Shown here in pieces: positions 15,503-24,091 of a stretch of 40,625 bases of DNA. The stretch is taken from the NCBI GenBank assembly GCA_041483175.1, contig JBGPFD010000002.1, forward strand, positions 1-40,625, in the 5' to 3' direction. The stretch comes from Thermoanaerobaculia bacterium (GTDB taxonomy: Bacteria > Acidobacteriota > Thermoanaerobaculia > Gp7-AA8). The notes under the pieces are model-generated. The model was not told the origin of the DNA and ran no database searches. It saw only the letters and a program-made list of their open reading frames with translations. Within the stretch, counting starts at the first letter, position 1. Every line of letters begins with the position of its first letter. A program made the translations under genes and the position numbers.

Positions 15503-16179
15503 GGCAGATAACGTCTCGTGGGAACGCCTTCCGCCTTGTCGATGCTCAACTGCGCGAGGGTCTGCGTCAGGTGCCGGCCTTCTTCGTCCGCGTTCTGATA
15601 GGTCTGGCAGAGGAGATCGACGTAGTGGGGGGCCACTTCGGCGGAGATGGTAAACCCGTTCGGAGGCTGTTCAGGGCGCGTGGTCTCCGTGCGGCGCCAC
15701 TTGCCGTCGGTCAGCTCGCACCGCCGGTAGCGATCGCCTTTGCCTTCGATGTACGCGTAGGGACCGAGGGGTGGAATGCCGCGGGCGTTGGACTTCTGTT
15801 CCTCGAGCGCGCGGATGACATACGAGGCGATCATCTCCCGGAGCGAGCGGTGGGAATGGCCGATCGTCTCGGTGATTTTCAGGCCGGACTGATAGAAGCT
15901 TTTGTCGCCGGGCGATTTGGCAAACGAATAGAGCGTGCAGCGCACGACCGCGCAGACCACGCGGATGTCCAAGCCGTTCCACTCAAAAATCAGCTCGTGT
16001 TCGGATCCGGGCCCGAAGCGCGCCTCGCTGATGACACGCGCGCCGTTGAGCGAAACATCGATCAGCCGCACCGGCACGTCGCGCATATGCGCGGCGATCG
16101 GCGCGTCGAGATGGATGCGATGAAACTGGCGGCGCTCCTCCGGCCGGTCACTTCCTATGGCCACTGCATCCCTCTGCAT
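15499..16179 (-). CDS. PilZ-domain protein with a conserved uncharacterised C-terminal domain (paralogue 1)
   Basis: Internal ATG (MQRDAVAIG...) of ORF 15499..16341. PilZ motifs RQFHR (RxxxR) and DVSLNGA (D-x-S-x-x-G). The C-terminal half closely matches 17501..18166. Confidence 0.8.
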   Translation of the reverse strand: MQRDAVAIGSDRPEERRQFHRIHLDAPIAAHMRDVPVRLIDVSLNGARVISEARFGPGSEHELIFEWNGLDIRVVCAVVRCTLYSFAKSPGDKSFYQSGLKITETIGHSHRSLREMIASYVIRALEEQKSNARGIPPLGPYAYIEGKGDRYRRCELTDGKWRRTETTRPEQPPNGFTISAEVAPHYVDLLCQTYQNADEEGRHLTQTLAQLSIDKAEGVPTRRYLP

Positions 16180-16227
16180 TGACACGCAGTTCTGAAAGTA
16201 TACGTCTTCCCCCGTTACACTGTTTTC

Positions 16228-17544
16228 GTGGCCAACCTTGCCCGTCGCCTCGGCGTTTTCGACGCCACGATGATTGTCATGGGCGGCATTATCGGTTCGG
16301 GAATCTTCATCAACCCGTACGTGGTCGCGCAGCAAGTGCATTCGTCACTGCTGATTGTGGGCGCGTGGGCGCTCGGCGGCCTGATTGCCCTGCTCGGCGC
16401 GTTCGTCTATGCGGAGCTCGCCGCGCTGCGGCCGGAGGTCGGAGGTCAGTATGCGTACCTTCGCGATGCCTATCATCCGGCGGTCGCCTTTCTCTATGGA
16501 TGGGCGCTCCTGCTGGTCGTGCAGACGGGTGGGATGGCGGCGGTGGCCGCCACCTTCGGGAAGTATTTCGTCGAGCTGACCGGCACCTCGATCTACGACG
16601 CGGCCATCGCCGTGGGCGCTCTCGTCCTGCTGACGGCCATCAACTGCATGGGCGTGCGCGGCGGAAGCAACACCCAGAGCGCGCTGATGCTGCTCAAGCT
16701 GGCGGCCATTGCGGCGCTGATCGTCGCCGGCTTTTCGTTCCGTGGTGCGCCGCCGCCCGCGGCCGTCCATGCAACCGAGCGCGACACGCTGCTCCGATTC
16801 GGCGCGGCCATGACGCCGGTGATGTTCGCCTACGGCGGGTGGCAGACGGCGAGCTTCATTTCCGGGGAACTGAAACGGCCGCGGCGCGATCTGGCCATCG
16901 GGCTGCTGCTCGGCGTGGCCGGCGTGATCATCGTCTACGTGCTGGTCAACGTCGTCTGCGTCCGCGTCCTCGGGCCGGCGGGACTGGCGGCGACGACGAC
17001 ACCCGCATCGGCAGTCATGCGCGCAGCGCTCGGCGAGCGCGGCGCGAGGCTGATCGCCGTCGGCATTACCGTCTCCACGCTCGGATTTCTCAGCCAGAGC
17101 ATGCTCACCGCGCCGCGCGTGTACTACGCCATGGCCGCCGACGGCGTGTTCTTCCGCCAGGTGGCGCGCATCAGCGCGAAGACCCAGGTGCCGGTGGTGG
17201 CCATCGCACTGCAGGGAGTGGTGGCCATCATCATCACGCTGTCCGGAACGTACGAGCAGATCCTGAGCTACGTCGTCTGCGTCGATTTCATCTTCTTCGG
17301 CCTGACCGGGCTCGCGCTGTTCGTGTTCCGCCGCCGCCTCCCGCCCGCCCCCTTCCGCACCCCCGGCCACCCGGGCACCACCGCGGTGTTCGTAATTGCC
17401 TGCTGGTCTGTAGTAGCAGCTACTATAGCGCGCAACCCAGGCGACAGCGCGATCGGTCTGATGATCCTGCTGGCGGGCCTGCCGGCCTACGCCTGGTGGG
17501 TCAGGGGACGTACCGCCGCGTCGGAACCCCTTCCGCCTTGTTGA
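16228..17544 (+). CDS. APC-superfamily amino acid permease
   Basis: 438 aa, about 12 predicted TM helices. The N-terminal motif is LGVFDATMIVMGGIIGSGIFINP. Confidence 0.9.
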   Translation: MANLARRLGVFDATMIVMGGIIGSGIFINPYVVAQQVHSSLLIVGAWALGGLIALLGAFVYAELAALRPEVGGQYAYLRDAYHPAVAFLYGWALLLVVQTGGMAAVAATFGKYFVELTGTSIYDAAIAVGALVLLTAINCMGVRGGSNTQSALMLLKLAAIAALIVAGFSFRGAPPPAAVHATERDTLLRFGAAMTPVMFAYGGWQTASFISGELKRPRRDLAIGLLLGVAGVIIVYVLVNVVCVRVLGPAGLAATTTPASAVMRAALGERGARLIAVGITVSTLGFLSQSMLTAPRVYYAMAADGVFFRQVARISAKTQVPVVAIALQGVVAIIITLSGTYEQILSYVVCVDFIFFGLTGLALFVFRRRLPPAPFRTPGHPGTTAVFVIACWSVVAATIARNPGDSAIGLMILLAGLPAYAWWVRGRTAASEPLPPC

Positions 17545-18166
17545 TGCTGAGCTCCGCCAGGATGCGCGTCAGCCGGCGCCCCTCGCCGTCGGTCCTTTCG
17601 TACGTCTCGCACAGCATGTCGAGGTAGCGCGGAGGCACCTCGGCCGAGACGGTGAAGCCGCTTATAGGCTGCTCGGGGCGGGTGGTGGCGCTTATCCGCC
17701 ATTTGCCGTCGACCAGCTCGCAACGGCGATACCGGCCGCTCTTTCCCTCGAGGTGGACGTAGGGGCCGATCGGAGGCACGCCGTCCCAGTTTGCCCGCTG
17801 CTCGTCGAGTGCCTTCGTGACGTAGTAGCCGATCAGCTCGCGCATGATGCGATCGGAATCGCCGGTGGTCTCGACGATCCGAACGCCGATTTCGTAGGTG
17901 CTTTGCTCGTTCGACCCGGTGGCGAAGTTCTGCAGCGTGCAGCGGGTGACGGTGCACTTCAGCAGCATGGGCTTCCCTTCCCAATCGACGCGAAGGTCCT
18001 GGGCCGAGCCGGGGGTGACGCGCAATGTGCCCAAGAACCGCGCACCGCCGATGGCCAGGTCCAGCACCTGAACCCGCTGTTTGCCAAGCGTGCCGGAAAT
18101 GGGATGCTCGAAATGGATGCGCTCGAACTGGCGCTGCACCTCGGAAAATTCGCGCCGGGTAGCCAC
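17501..18166 (-). CDS. PilZ-domain protein with a conserved uncharacterised C-terminal domain (paralogue 2)
   Basis: GTG start. RQFER (RxxxR) and DLAIGGA (the Ser of D-x-S-x-x-G is replaced by Ala). The C-terminus GVPPIGPYVHLEGKSGRYRRCELVDGKWR...KAEGVPTRRYVP parallels paralogue 1. Confidence 0.8.
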   Translation of the reverse strand: MATRREFSEVQRQFERIHFEHPISGTLGKQRVQVLDLAIGGARFLGTLRVTPGSAQDLRVDWEGKPMLLKCTVTRCTLQNFATGSNEQSTYEIGVRIVETTGDSDRIMRELIGYYVTKALDEQRANWDGVPPIGPYVHLEGKSGRYRRCELVDGKWRISATTRPEQPISGFTVSAEVPPRYLDMLCETYERTDGEGRRLTRILAELSINKAEGVPTRRYVP

Positions 18167-18240
18167 CGGAAAAGTATAGCGACCTCGGCCCTACTTCACG
18201 TCATCCAAGAGGTACGAGGTTACCGGTGAAAAAAGGATAC

Positions 18241-19182
18241 TCAGGGCGGCGGAGCGGCAGGCGCCAACTCCCCGAGGATGTTCTTGGTGATGGCCGGCAG
18301 CAGGGTCTTGTCGTCGGCGATGCCGCGGGTGAAGATCACCAGAATGATCTTGCGGCCCCCAGGCAGCTCGATGTAGGCCGCGTCGTGCAGCACCTCGCTG
18401 GTCCATCCGGCCTTAGACCACAATTTCGCTCCGGCCGGAAGCGCCTCCCCGATGTACTCGGTCACCTGGTTCTCTTCCTTGCGCGGAGGATTCAGCGGAC
18501 GCTCCAGCAAGGCGAGCATCGCCTGGCTGGCCTGCGGCGCGACCGCGCGGCCGCGCACGATCCATAGAAGCAGCGAAGCCACCGCATTCGACGTGGCGCG
18601 GTTGCGGTTTGGCCGGTCGGGGCCGCCCATGAGCTGCTGATCGCGCCCGAACGGGCCGGAGCTCCACGGCTTGACCATGGCGCTGATGTCATAGCCCATC
18701 GGATTGAGATAGCGATTGACCACGCGGCGCTTGTCAATGAACTGCCGCAGATGCCGCCCTTCCAGCTCGGGACCGCTGCAGGTGTCGCTGATGGTGTCCA
18801 GCAGGAATGCGGCGGCGTCGTTGTCGGACACGGAGATCATCTCGTGCAACGCGCGCGGAACGTCGGGGTCGTTCTCCCTGTGCTGATGAAAGACTTCGAC
18901 CATGAAGAAGAGCTTGACCACCGAGGCGGGATAGAACGGCGCATCGCCGTGGTAGTCGGCGCGCGACAGCACCGCGGGCCGGGTCACATCGAGGATGCTC
19001 ATGGCCAGGTTGTCTGCCGTGAGCTTCGGAAAGGCCTTCAACGACGCCTCGGCGGCGTGGCGCAGGGCCGCGGCGAGTGACGGATCGACCGGGAGCTGCT
19101 GGAACTCGCGAAAATCGGCGCCGGCGCCGGCGGCGAGGAAACAGAGCGCGACTGCGATCAGGCGAATGCGCATGGCGCGCAT
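18241..19182 (-). CDS. Secreted class A beta-lactamase-like serine hydrolase
   Basis: Signal peptide MRAMRIRLIAVALCFLAAGAGA. Motifs SVVK (S-x-x-K), SDN in ISVSDNDAA, and KAG (a KTG variant). Confidence 0.75.
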   Translation of the reverse strand: MRAMRIRLIAVALCFLAAGAGADFREFQQLPVDPSLAAALRHAAEASLKAFPKLTADNLAMSILDVTRPAVLSRADYHGDAPFYPASVVKLFFMVEVFHQHRENDPDVPRALHEMISVSDNDAAAFLLDTISDTCSGPELEGRHLRQFIDKRRVVNRYLNPMGYDISAMVKPWSSGPFGRDQQLMGGPDRPNRNRATSNAVASLLLWIVRGRAVAPQASQAMLALLERPLNPPRKEENQVTEYIGEALPAGAKLWSKAGWTSEVLHDAAYIELPGGRKIILVIFTRGIADDKTLLPAITKNILGELAPAAPPP

Positions 19183-19189
19183 TCTAACG

Positions 19190-19390
19190 TCAGATCTCGA
19201 AGGGTTCGTCCCACTTCTGAACCTCGCGATTCGGCGGCCACCGGCGATTGAACTCGTCGACCGCTTTCACGTACTCGTCCCAGGTGAGGTGCGGAGGATG
19301 CAGCCATGCCTCGCGCAATGCTTCGATCGTTTCGGGCGTCAGGCGCATGTCGCGCTCGAAATCGGGCAGGTTATTCGCGGGTGAGGTCAT
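19190..19390 (-). CDS. Small hypothetical protein (66 aa) coupled to the upstream nucleotidyltransferase gene
   Basis: The ORF overlaps the 3-prime end of 19371..19892 by 20 nt. I recognise no family. Confidence 0.5.
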   Translation of the reverse strand: MTSPANNLPDFERDMRLTPETIEALREAWLHPPHLTWDEYVKAVDEFNRRWPPNREVQKWDEPFEI

Positions 19391-19892
19391 CGAATAGTTT
19401 CAACATGCCATGCTTCTGGCAATACTCCCGAACCATTGTACGGTCGACGCCGGGCAACCGCAGCAGGAACACGAGATCGGGAAGGTCCTGCCGGTCACGC
19501 ATCGGCTCGTTTTTCACCGCCAGAAATTTCATCATGGCCAGATATTCCGGACGGGCGACGGGAACCGCCAGTCCGCCGGAGGCCGGACGTCGTTCCGCGC
19601 TGTCAAGAACGAGATCGGCCGTATTGTCGCGGACGTAAAGAAAATCGACGCGCTGGTCTTCACGTACGTGATTCGAGAAACCGGGAAGCCGGTTCAGCGT
19701 CTCGTACCCGATCTCTTCCATGTGCCGCACGATGCGCTCCTGCGCCGCGCCGTCGACGATCAGATCGAGATCGAATGTCAGCCTCGAGCGGCCGAGCGCC
19801 TGCAGTGCGAACCCGCCCGCGAGCGCGTAGCGAAGGTTCTGGCCCTCGAAGAACGACGCTAGCTCGCGTAGCACGGCGCCGTAATCGGCCAC
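19371..19892 (-). CDS. Minimal nucleotidyltransferase-fold protein (AbiEii/DUF6036-like)
   Basis: N-terminal YALAGGFALQALGRSRLTFDLDLIV has a G-G-x-A ... T-x-D-x-D pattern, typical of pol-beta-superfamily NTases of TA/Abi type. 173 aa. Confidence 0.6.
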   Translation of the reverse strand: MADYGAVLRELASFFEGQNLRYALAGGFALQALGRSRLTFDLDLIVDGAAQERIVRHMEEIGYETLNRLPGFSNHVREDQRVDFLYVRDNTADLVLDSAERRPASGGLAVPVARPEYLAMMKFLAVKNEPMRDRQDLPDLVFLLRLPGVDRTMVREYCQKHGMLKLFDDLTRE

Positions 19893-19893
19893 C

Positions 19894-22008
19894 CTACCCC
19901 CGCCGCCATGCCCGGATGCGCGCCGCCACGTTCTGCGGCGTGAATCCCAGCTCCTCGGCGATTTTTTCGTAGGGGGCCGACGCGCCGAAGCGGTCGATGC
20001 CCATCACCAGCGCGTCGCGGTTCACGTACTTGTACCAGCCCGACGAGCGGCCGGCCTCGATGGCCACCGCCCGGCTGCGATTGCCCAGCACGCGGTTCTG
20101 ATAGTCGACATCTTGACGATCGAACAGATCCAGCGAGGGCGCGGAGACGACGCGCGCTCGCGTCCCTTCGCCGCGCAGCAGGTCGGCGGTCTTGACCGCC
20201 AGCGGGACTTCGGAGCCTGTGGCGATGATGGTGAAGTCGCCGTCAGCGTAGCCATCGAGCACGTACGCGCCGCGCCAGATGACGTGCGGATCGAATCCCG
20301 GCGGATGCGGAATCGGATCGAGCTTCTGCCGCGTGAACACCAGGATCGTCGGCCCCTTGCTCCTCCCCACCGCCCACGCCCAGGCCATGGCGCACTCCGC
20401 TCCGTCGGCCGGGCGGAACAGGGTCATGTTCGGAATCAGCCGCAGCGAGAAAAGCTGCTCGACCGACTGGTGGGTCGGGCCGTCCTCGCCGAGAAACACC
20501 GAGTCGTGCGTGTAGGCGAAAATCGAGGGGATGTTCATCAGCGCGGCGAGGCGGATCGCCGGCCGCATGTAGTCGGAGAAGATCAGGAATGTCGAGCCGT
20601 ACGCGCGCCACGAGCCGTACAGCGTGAGACCATTCACCTCCGCTCCCATGGAGAGCTCGCGCACGCCAAAATAAAGATTGCGTCCTTTGAACACGTCGAG
20701 CGACGGCGGCTTGTCCGGCGTCTCTTTCGCCCGGACGATGTTTCCCGCATCTTTGATGTTCGTTTTCGTCGACGTCGACAGATCGGCGGCGCCGCCGATG
20801 ACGAACGGCGCGATGGCCGCGAGCTTCTGGATCACCTGACCGGAGAGATCCCGCGTCGCCGCCGGCTTGTCGCTCTTCGCCGCGTCGACGAGCTGCATCT
20901 CATATCCATCGGGAAGGGTGTGGTTCCAGTAGCGGTCCCATTCGTCCGCGAGCTGCGGGTTACGCCCGCGCCACTCGGCCATCCCCTTCTCCCATTTCTT
21001 GTGCTCGCGCGCCAGCTTCTTCGTTTTCCGGGCAAACTCCGAGCGCACCTCGTCGGGGACGTAGAAGGTCGGCTCCTGCGGCCAGCCGAGGGCCGCCTTC
21101 GTCGCCTTGACCTCATCGGCGCCGAGCGGCTCGCCGTGCGCGCGCGAAGTGCCGTGAAACTTCGGGCTGCCCCATCCGATCACCGTGCGGGCAATGATGA
21201 TCGACGGCTTGTCGGTGACCTTCTGCGCTTTGCGGATCGCCTTGCGCACTGCGTCGCGATCATGGCCATCGATCGTCTGCACGTGCCAGTGGACGGCTTC
21301 GAAGCGCTTCTTCACGTCGTCTGAGAACGACAAGCGCGTCTCGCCGTCGAGCGAAATGGAATTGTCGTCGTACAGATAGATGAGGTTGCCGAGACCGAGA
21401 TGTCCGGCGACCGAGGCAGCTTCCGAGCTGATTCCTTCCATCAGATCGCCGTCCGAGCAGATGCAATAGATGTAGTTGCTGACCGGCCCGAAGGCCTCGC
21501 CGCCGTTGAAGCGCGCGGCCATCATCTTCGAGGCGATGCCCATGCCGACGCCGTTGGCGAATCCCTGGCCGAGCGGTCCCGTAGTGGCCTCGATCCCCTC
21601 GGCCTCGCCGTACTCCGGATGTCCCGCCGTGCGGGAGCCCCATTGCCGGAAATGCTGCAGCTGATCGAGGGTCATGTCGGGGTAGCCGGTCAGATGCAGC
21701 AGCGAATAGAGCAGCGCCGAGGCGTGGCCTGCGGAGAGAACGAATCGATCGCGATCCTTCCAGCGCTGGTCTTTCGGATCGTGGCGGAGAAACTCGGTCC
21801 AGAGGACGAAGGCCATGTCGGCCATGCCCATCGGCGAGCCGGGGTGGCCCGACTTCGCTTTCTCCACTGCGTCGACGGAGAGAAAGCGAATGGTGTTGAC
21901 GCAGAGCTCCTCGAGCTTGTCTTTTTCACGGTACTTCGGCTCGTTGCGCTGTTCAGCGTCCGTGATGGCGGCGCTGGCATCCTGCGCTGCCGAGGATTGT
22001 TGTTGCAT
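19894..22008 (-). CDS. tkt: Transketolase
   Basis: 704 aa with SGHPG, GPLGQG and [19 protein letters not shown] motifs. A GGAGG RBS lies upstream. Confidence 0.95.
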   Translation of the reverse strand: MQQQSSAAQDASAAITDAEQRNEPKYREKDKLEELCVNTIRFLSVDAVEKAKSGHPGSPMGMADMAFVLWTEFLRHDPKDQRWKDRDRFVLSAGHASALLYSLLHLTGYPDMTLDQLQHFRQWGSRTAGHPEYGEAEGIEATTGPLGQGFANGVGMGIASKMMAARFNGGEAFGPVSNYIYCICSDGDLMEGISSEAASVAGHLGLGNLIYLYDDNSISLDGETRLSFSDDVKKRFEAVHWHVQTIDGHDRDAVRKAIRKAQKVTDKPSIIIARTVIGWGSPKFHGTSRAHGEPLGADEVKATKAALGWPQEPTFYVPDEVRSEFARKTKKLAREHKKWEKGMAEWRGRNPQLADEWDRYWNHTLPDGYEMQLVDAAKSDKPAATRDLSGQVIQKLAAIAPFVIGGAADLSTSTKTNIKDAGNIVRAKETPDKPPSLDVFKGRNLYFGVRELSMGAEVNGLTLYGSWRAYGSTFLIFSDYMRPAIRLAALMNIPSIFAYTHDSVFLGEDGPTHQSVEQLFSLRLIPNMTLFRPADGAECAMAWAWAVGRSKGPTILVFTRQKLDPIPHPPGFDPHVIWRGAYVLDGYADGDFTIIATGSEVPLAVKTADLLRGEGTRARVVSAPSLDLFDRQDVDYQNRVLGNRSRAVAIEAGRSSGWYKYVNRDALVMGIDRFGASAPYEKIAEELGFTPQNVAARIRAWRRG

Positions 22009-22184
22009 GGCAACCTCCGCGATGGATCGGATTATACTCGGCGGGATTCGTTTCGAGTCCCGTTCTCAACGGTTTACACTCGACAGCGTTCTCCCTCGTT
22101 CTCTCACTTTCGCTTCCGTTTGCTGTCGAAACTACTGTCAACTTTCCGCTTGAGAAATGTACGAACCGGGCGCACATTCAAAGC

Positions 22185-22330
22185 GTGAAAAGAAAGCGAA
22201 AACGACGCGCGAGCGGTGAAGGATCAGTCTTTCTGAGAAAAGACGGCCGATGGGTTGCGGCAGCGCGTGGCGGCCATCCCGTATTTTACGGATCGACGCA
22301 GGGTGAAGCACTCAGCCGCCGCGATGCGTG
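22185..22330 (+). pseudogene. N-terminal stub of a tyrosine recombinase (phage-type integrase)
   Basis: KRKRKRRASGEGSVFLRKDGRWVAAARGGHPVFYGSTQGEALSRRD matches the characteristic G-x-GS-x(4)-DGRW ... YG-x-T-x-x-EA integrase N-terminus. The rest of ORF 22185..22682 is antisense to the toxin gene and does not look like integrase. Confidence 0.6.
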
Positions 22331-22412
22331 GATCAGAACGCATCCAGCGCGTTTCCGTCGCCCATCGATGGGACGCTCCGTTACGGGCGGTTTTGGTTTC
22401 TTCGGCATTGAA

Positions 22413-22718
22413 TCAAATCATTTTGTCATAGTCAGCATGCGAGCCGATCCAAAACCAGATGGCTATGGTAGGTCCGATGAATTCGCCGGTTGGATCGAGC
22501 CTCGTCAGGACATAGAGTGCTCTGTAGTCTTGCGTGACGCGAGCAGAATAGATCCGTTCCGTCGCGTGTACTTCCGTCGCGTGTACTTTTTTGAAACGAA
22601 GGCTAGTGTGATACGGATTCTCGGAGAACAGCCGGTATGCCTTCGTTGCGGCATCTCTGACGTGCGGTGGCAGCGATTTTAGGCACCGCCTGAAGCTCGC
22701 GGTCGTCCGCGAATTCAT
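22413..22718 (-). CDS. RelE/ParE-superfamily type II toxin (carries an in-frame 5-codon tandem duplication)
   Basis: The pattern F...CLKSLP...A.KAYRLF.ENP.H.SLRFKKV....YSARV...YRAL......I..WIGSHADYDK is typical of this toxin family. An ATGA start/stop overlap links it to the upstream antitoxin. Confidence 0.75.
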   Translation of the reverse strand: MNSRTTASFRRCLKSLPPHVRDAATKAYRLFSENPYHTSLRFKKVHATEVHATERIYSARVTQDYRALYVLTRLDPTGEFIGPTIAIWFWIGSHADYDKMI

Positions 22719-22936
22719 CAGAGCTTATCGGGATCGAGTTCTTCGGTGCGACCAGCGCGGTACTCTTCAACTGCGGCTGTCGCGAGACTGCTAAGTCTTG
22801 CCGCCGTGGCATGAAAGCGATGATTCCACTCGGTTTCGGAGTGCAACTCGCCAAGCATCAAGCGCGCAAAAGCATCCTGCTCGCCTTCCGGCAGCTCGGT
22901 TGCCCGTGCGAATACTTCTTCCAGCAGCTTAGTCAT
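22718..22936 (-). CDS. Type II antitoxin partner (72 aa)
   Basis: Internal ATG (MTKLLEEVFARATELPEGEQDAFA...). The stop overlaps the toxin start. It is a small acidic protein. Confidence 0.7.
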   Translation of the reverse strand: MTKLLEEVFARATELPEGEQDAFARLMLGELHSETEWNHRFHATAARLSSLATAAVEEYRAGRTEELDPDKL

Positions 22937-23097
22937 GGCTCGCCTTCCACCATACGAAAACACTGCCAGAACGTCAACACTTCCATTTCGGCGTTGCTGT
23001 CAAGTGCTGCTGTCAGCCACTTTTGCTACCGCTAAACCCGCGCTGCTGAGTGGGTTAGAAATCCGGTTTATACTCGGCGGTATTCGGCCAGGATCGC

Positions 23098-23664
23098 ATG
23101 ACTCACGACGAGAGCATTACCGTCAAGGGTTCGCCTGTTCGCAGCCTGCAGAAATTCATCGAAGCGGAGCTCGCGCCGAAGCAGCGCGACGCCGCCCTCG
23201 ACGCCGTCCCCGAACTCGGCGCCCGCATGCGCGGCCCGATCCTTCCGACCGAGACCATTCCCGTCGCCGCGCTCAACCGTCTCACCGAAGAGGCGGCGAA
23301 AATCAAAGGCGAACCGCTGGAGCAATTCGCGCGCCGCGCCGGACGTCAGGCGGCCGGCGATGCCGTCCGCGGGATCTATCGCTTCTTCGCCCTGGTGATG
23401 ACGCCGGCGGCGCTGCTGTCGAAGGCCTCGCAGATGTGGAGTGCGCTCTACAACCGCGGCGAGCTGCAGGTCACCGATCAGACCGATCACGGCGCGACCA
23501 TCAAGCTGCTCGATTTTCCTTCCGAGACCGCCGGCTGCGGCCGGACCACGGGTTGGATCGAGCGCATGGCCGAGCTGACCGGTGTGAAGAACGTACGCAT
23601 CCAGCAGACGCAGTGCTACGCCAAGGGAGCGCCGCATTGCGAGTGGAACATCACGTGGAGCTGA
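23098..23664 (+). CDS. V4R/DUF2378-like putative ligand-binding domain protein
   Basis: 188 aa. The C-terminal C-x(5)-G-x(3)-C-x-W pattern (QCYAKGAPHCEWNITW) resembles V4R-type domains. This is a weak call. Confidence 0.45.
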   Translation: MTHDESITVKGSPVRSLQKFIEAELAPKQRDAALDAVPELGARMRGPILPTETIPVAALNRLTEEAAKIKGEPLEQFARRAGRQAAGDAVRGIYRFFALVMTPAALLSKASQMWSALYNRGELQVTDQTDHGATIKLLDFPSETAGCGRTTGWIERMAELTGVKNVRIQQTQCYAKGAPHCEWNITWS

Positions 23665-23665
23665 G

Positions 23666-24091
23666 ATGAACAAGCTCTTCCTTCAGCACAGCGATCATCC
23701 CCTCTTCCGCTACTTCACCGACGAGGAGCGGCGGCGCATCGAGAAAATCGGCGAGGTAAAGACGGTGCGCGCGACCAAGACTCTGATCCGCGCCGGCGAG
23801 CGCGATTCGACGCTCTTCGCCGTCGAAGAGGGACACCTCGACATCATCGCCAAAGACGCCGTCCTGGCCACCGTCGGCCCGGGCGACGTCCTCGGCGAAG
23901 TGTCGTACATCGACGATTCGCCACGCACCGTCTCGGTGAAGGCCGGCGAAGAAAACGCCGTCGTGCGCGCGTGGGACAAGAAGACGTTGTCCGAAGCGCT
24001 GGCCTTCGAGCCGGAGCTGCTGGCTAAATTCTCCGTCGCCCTCTGCGAGCTGCTCGTCGAGCGTCTCCGCGACAACGCTCGAAGGGTGTAG
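23666..24091 (+). CDS. Cyclic-nucleotide-binding domain protein
   Basis: LFAVEEGHLDI...VGPGDVLGEVSYIDDSPRTVSVKA fits the cNMP-binding beta-barrel with a phosphate-binding cassette. It starts 1 nt after the upstream stop. Confidence 0.8.
   Translation: MNKLFLQHSDHPLFRYFTDEERRRIEKIGEVKTVRATKTLIRAGERDSTLFAVEEGHLDIIAKDAVLATVGPGDVLGEVSYIDDSPRTVSVKAGEENAVVRAWDKKTLSEALAFEPELLAKFSVALCELLVERLRDNARRV

Noticed and set aside
22041-22065. tRNA-like T-arm (ggcgggattcgtttcgagtcccg) as a possible tRNA gene or tRNA-derived att site next to the integrase stub.
   Set aside because: The loop is 11 nt, not the canonical 7-nt TTCGAAT-type T-loop, and no acceptor, D or anticodon arms can be drawn around it.
22185-22682. 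165-aa plus-strand ORF treated as an intact gene.
   Set aside because: Only the first ~45-50 residues look like an integrase N-terminus. The remainder is antisense to the RelE/ParE-type toxin gene and has no integrase core or catalytic motifs, so I called it a stub.
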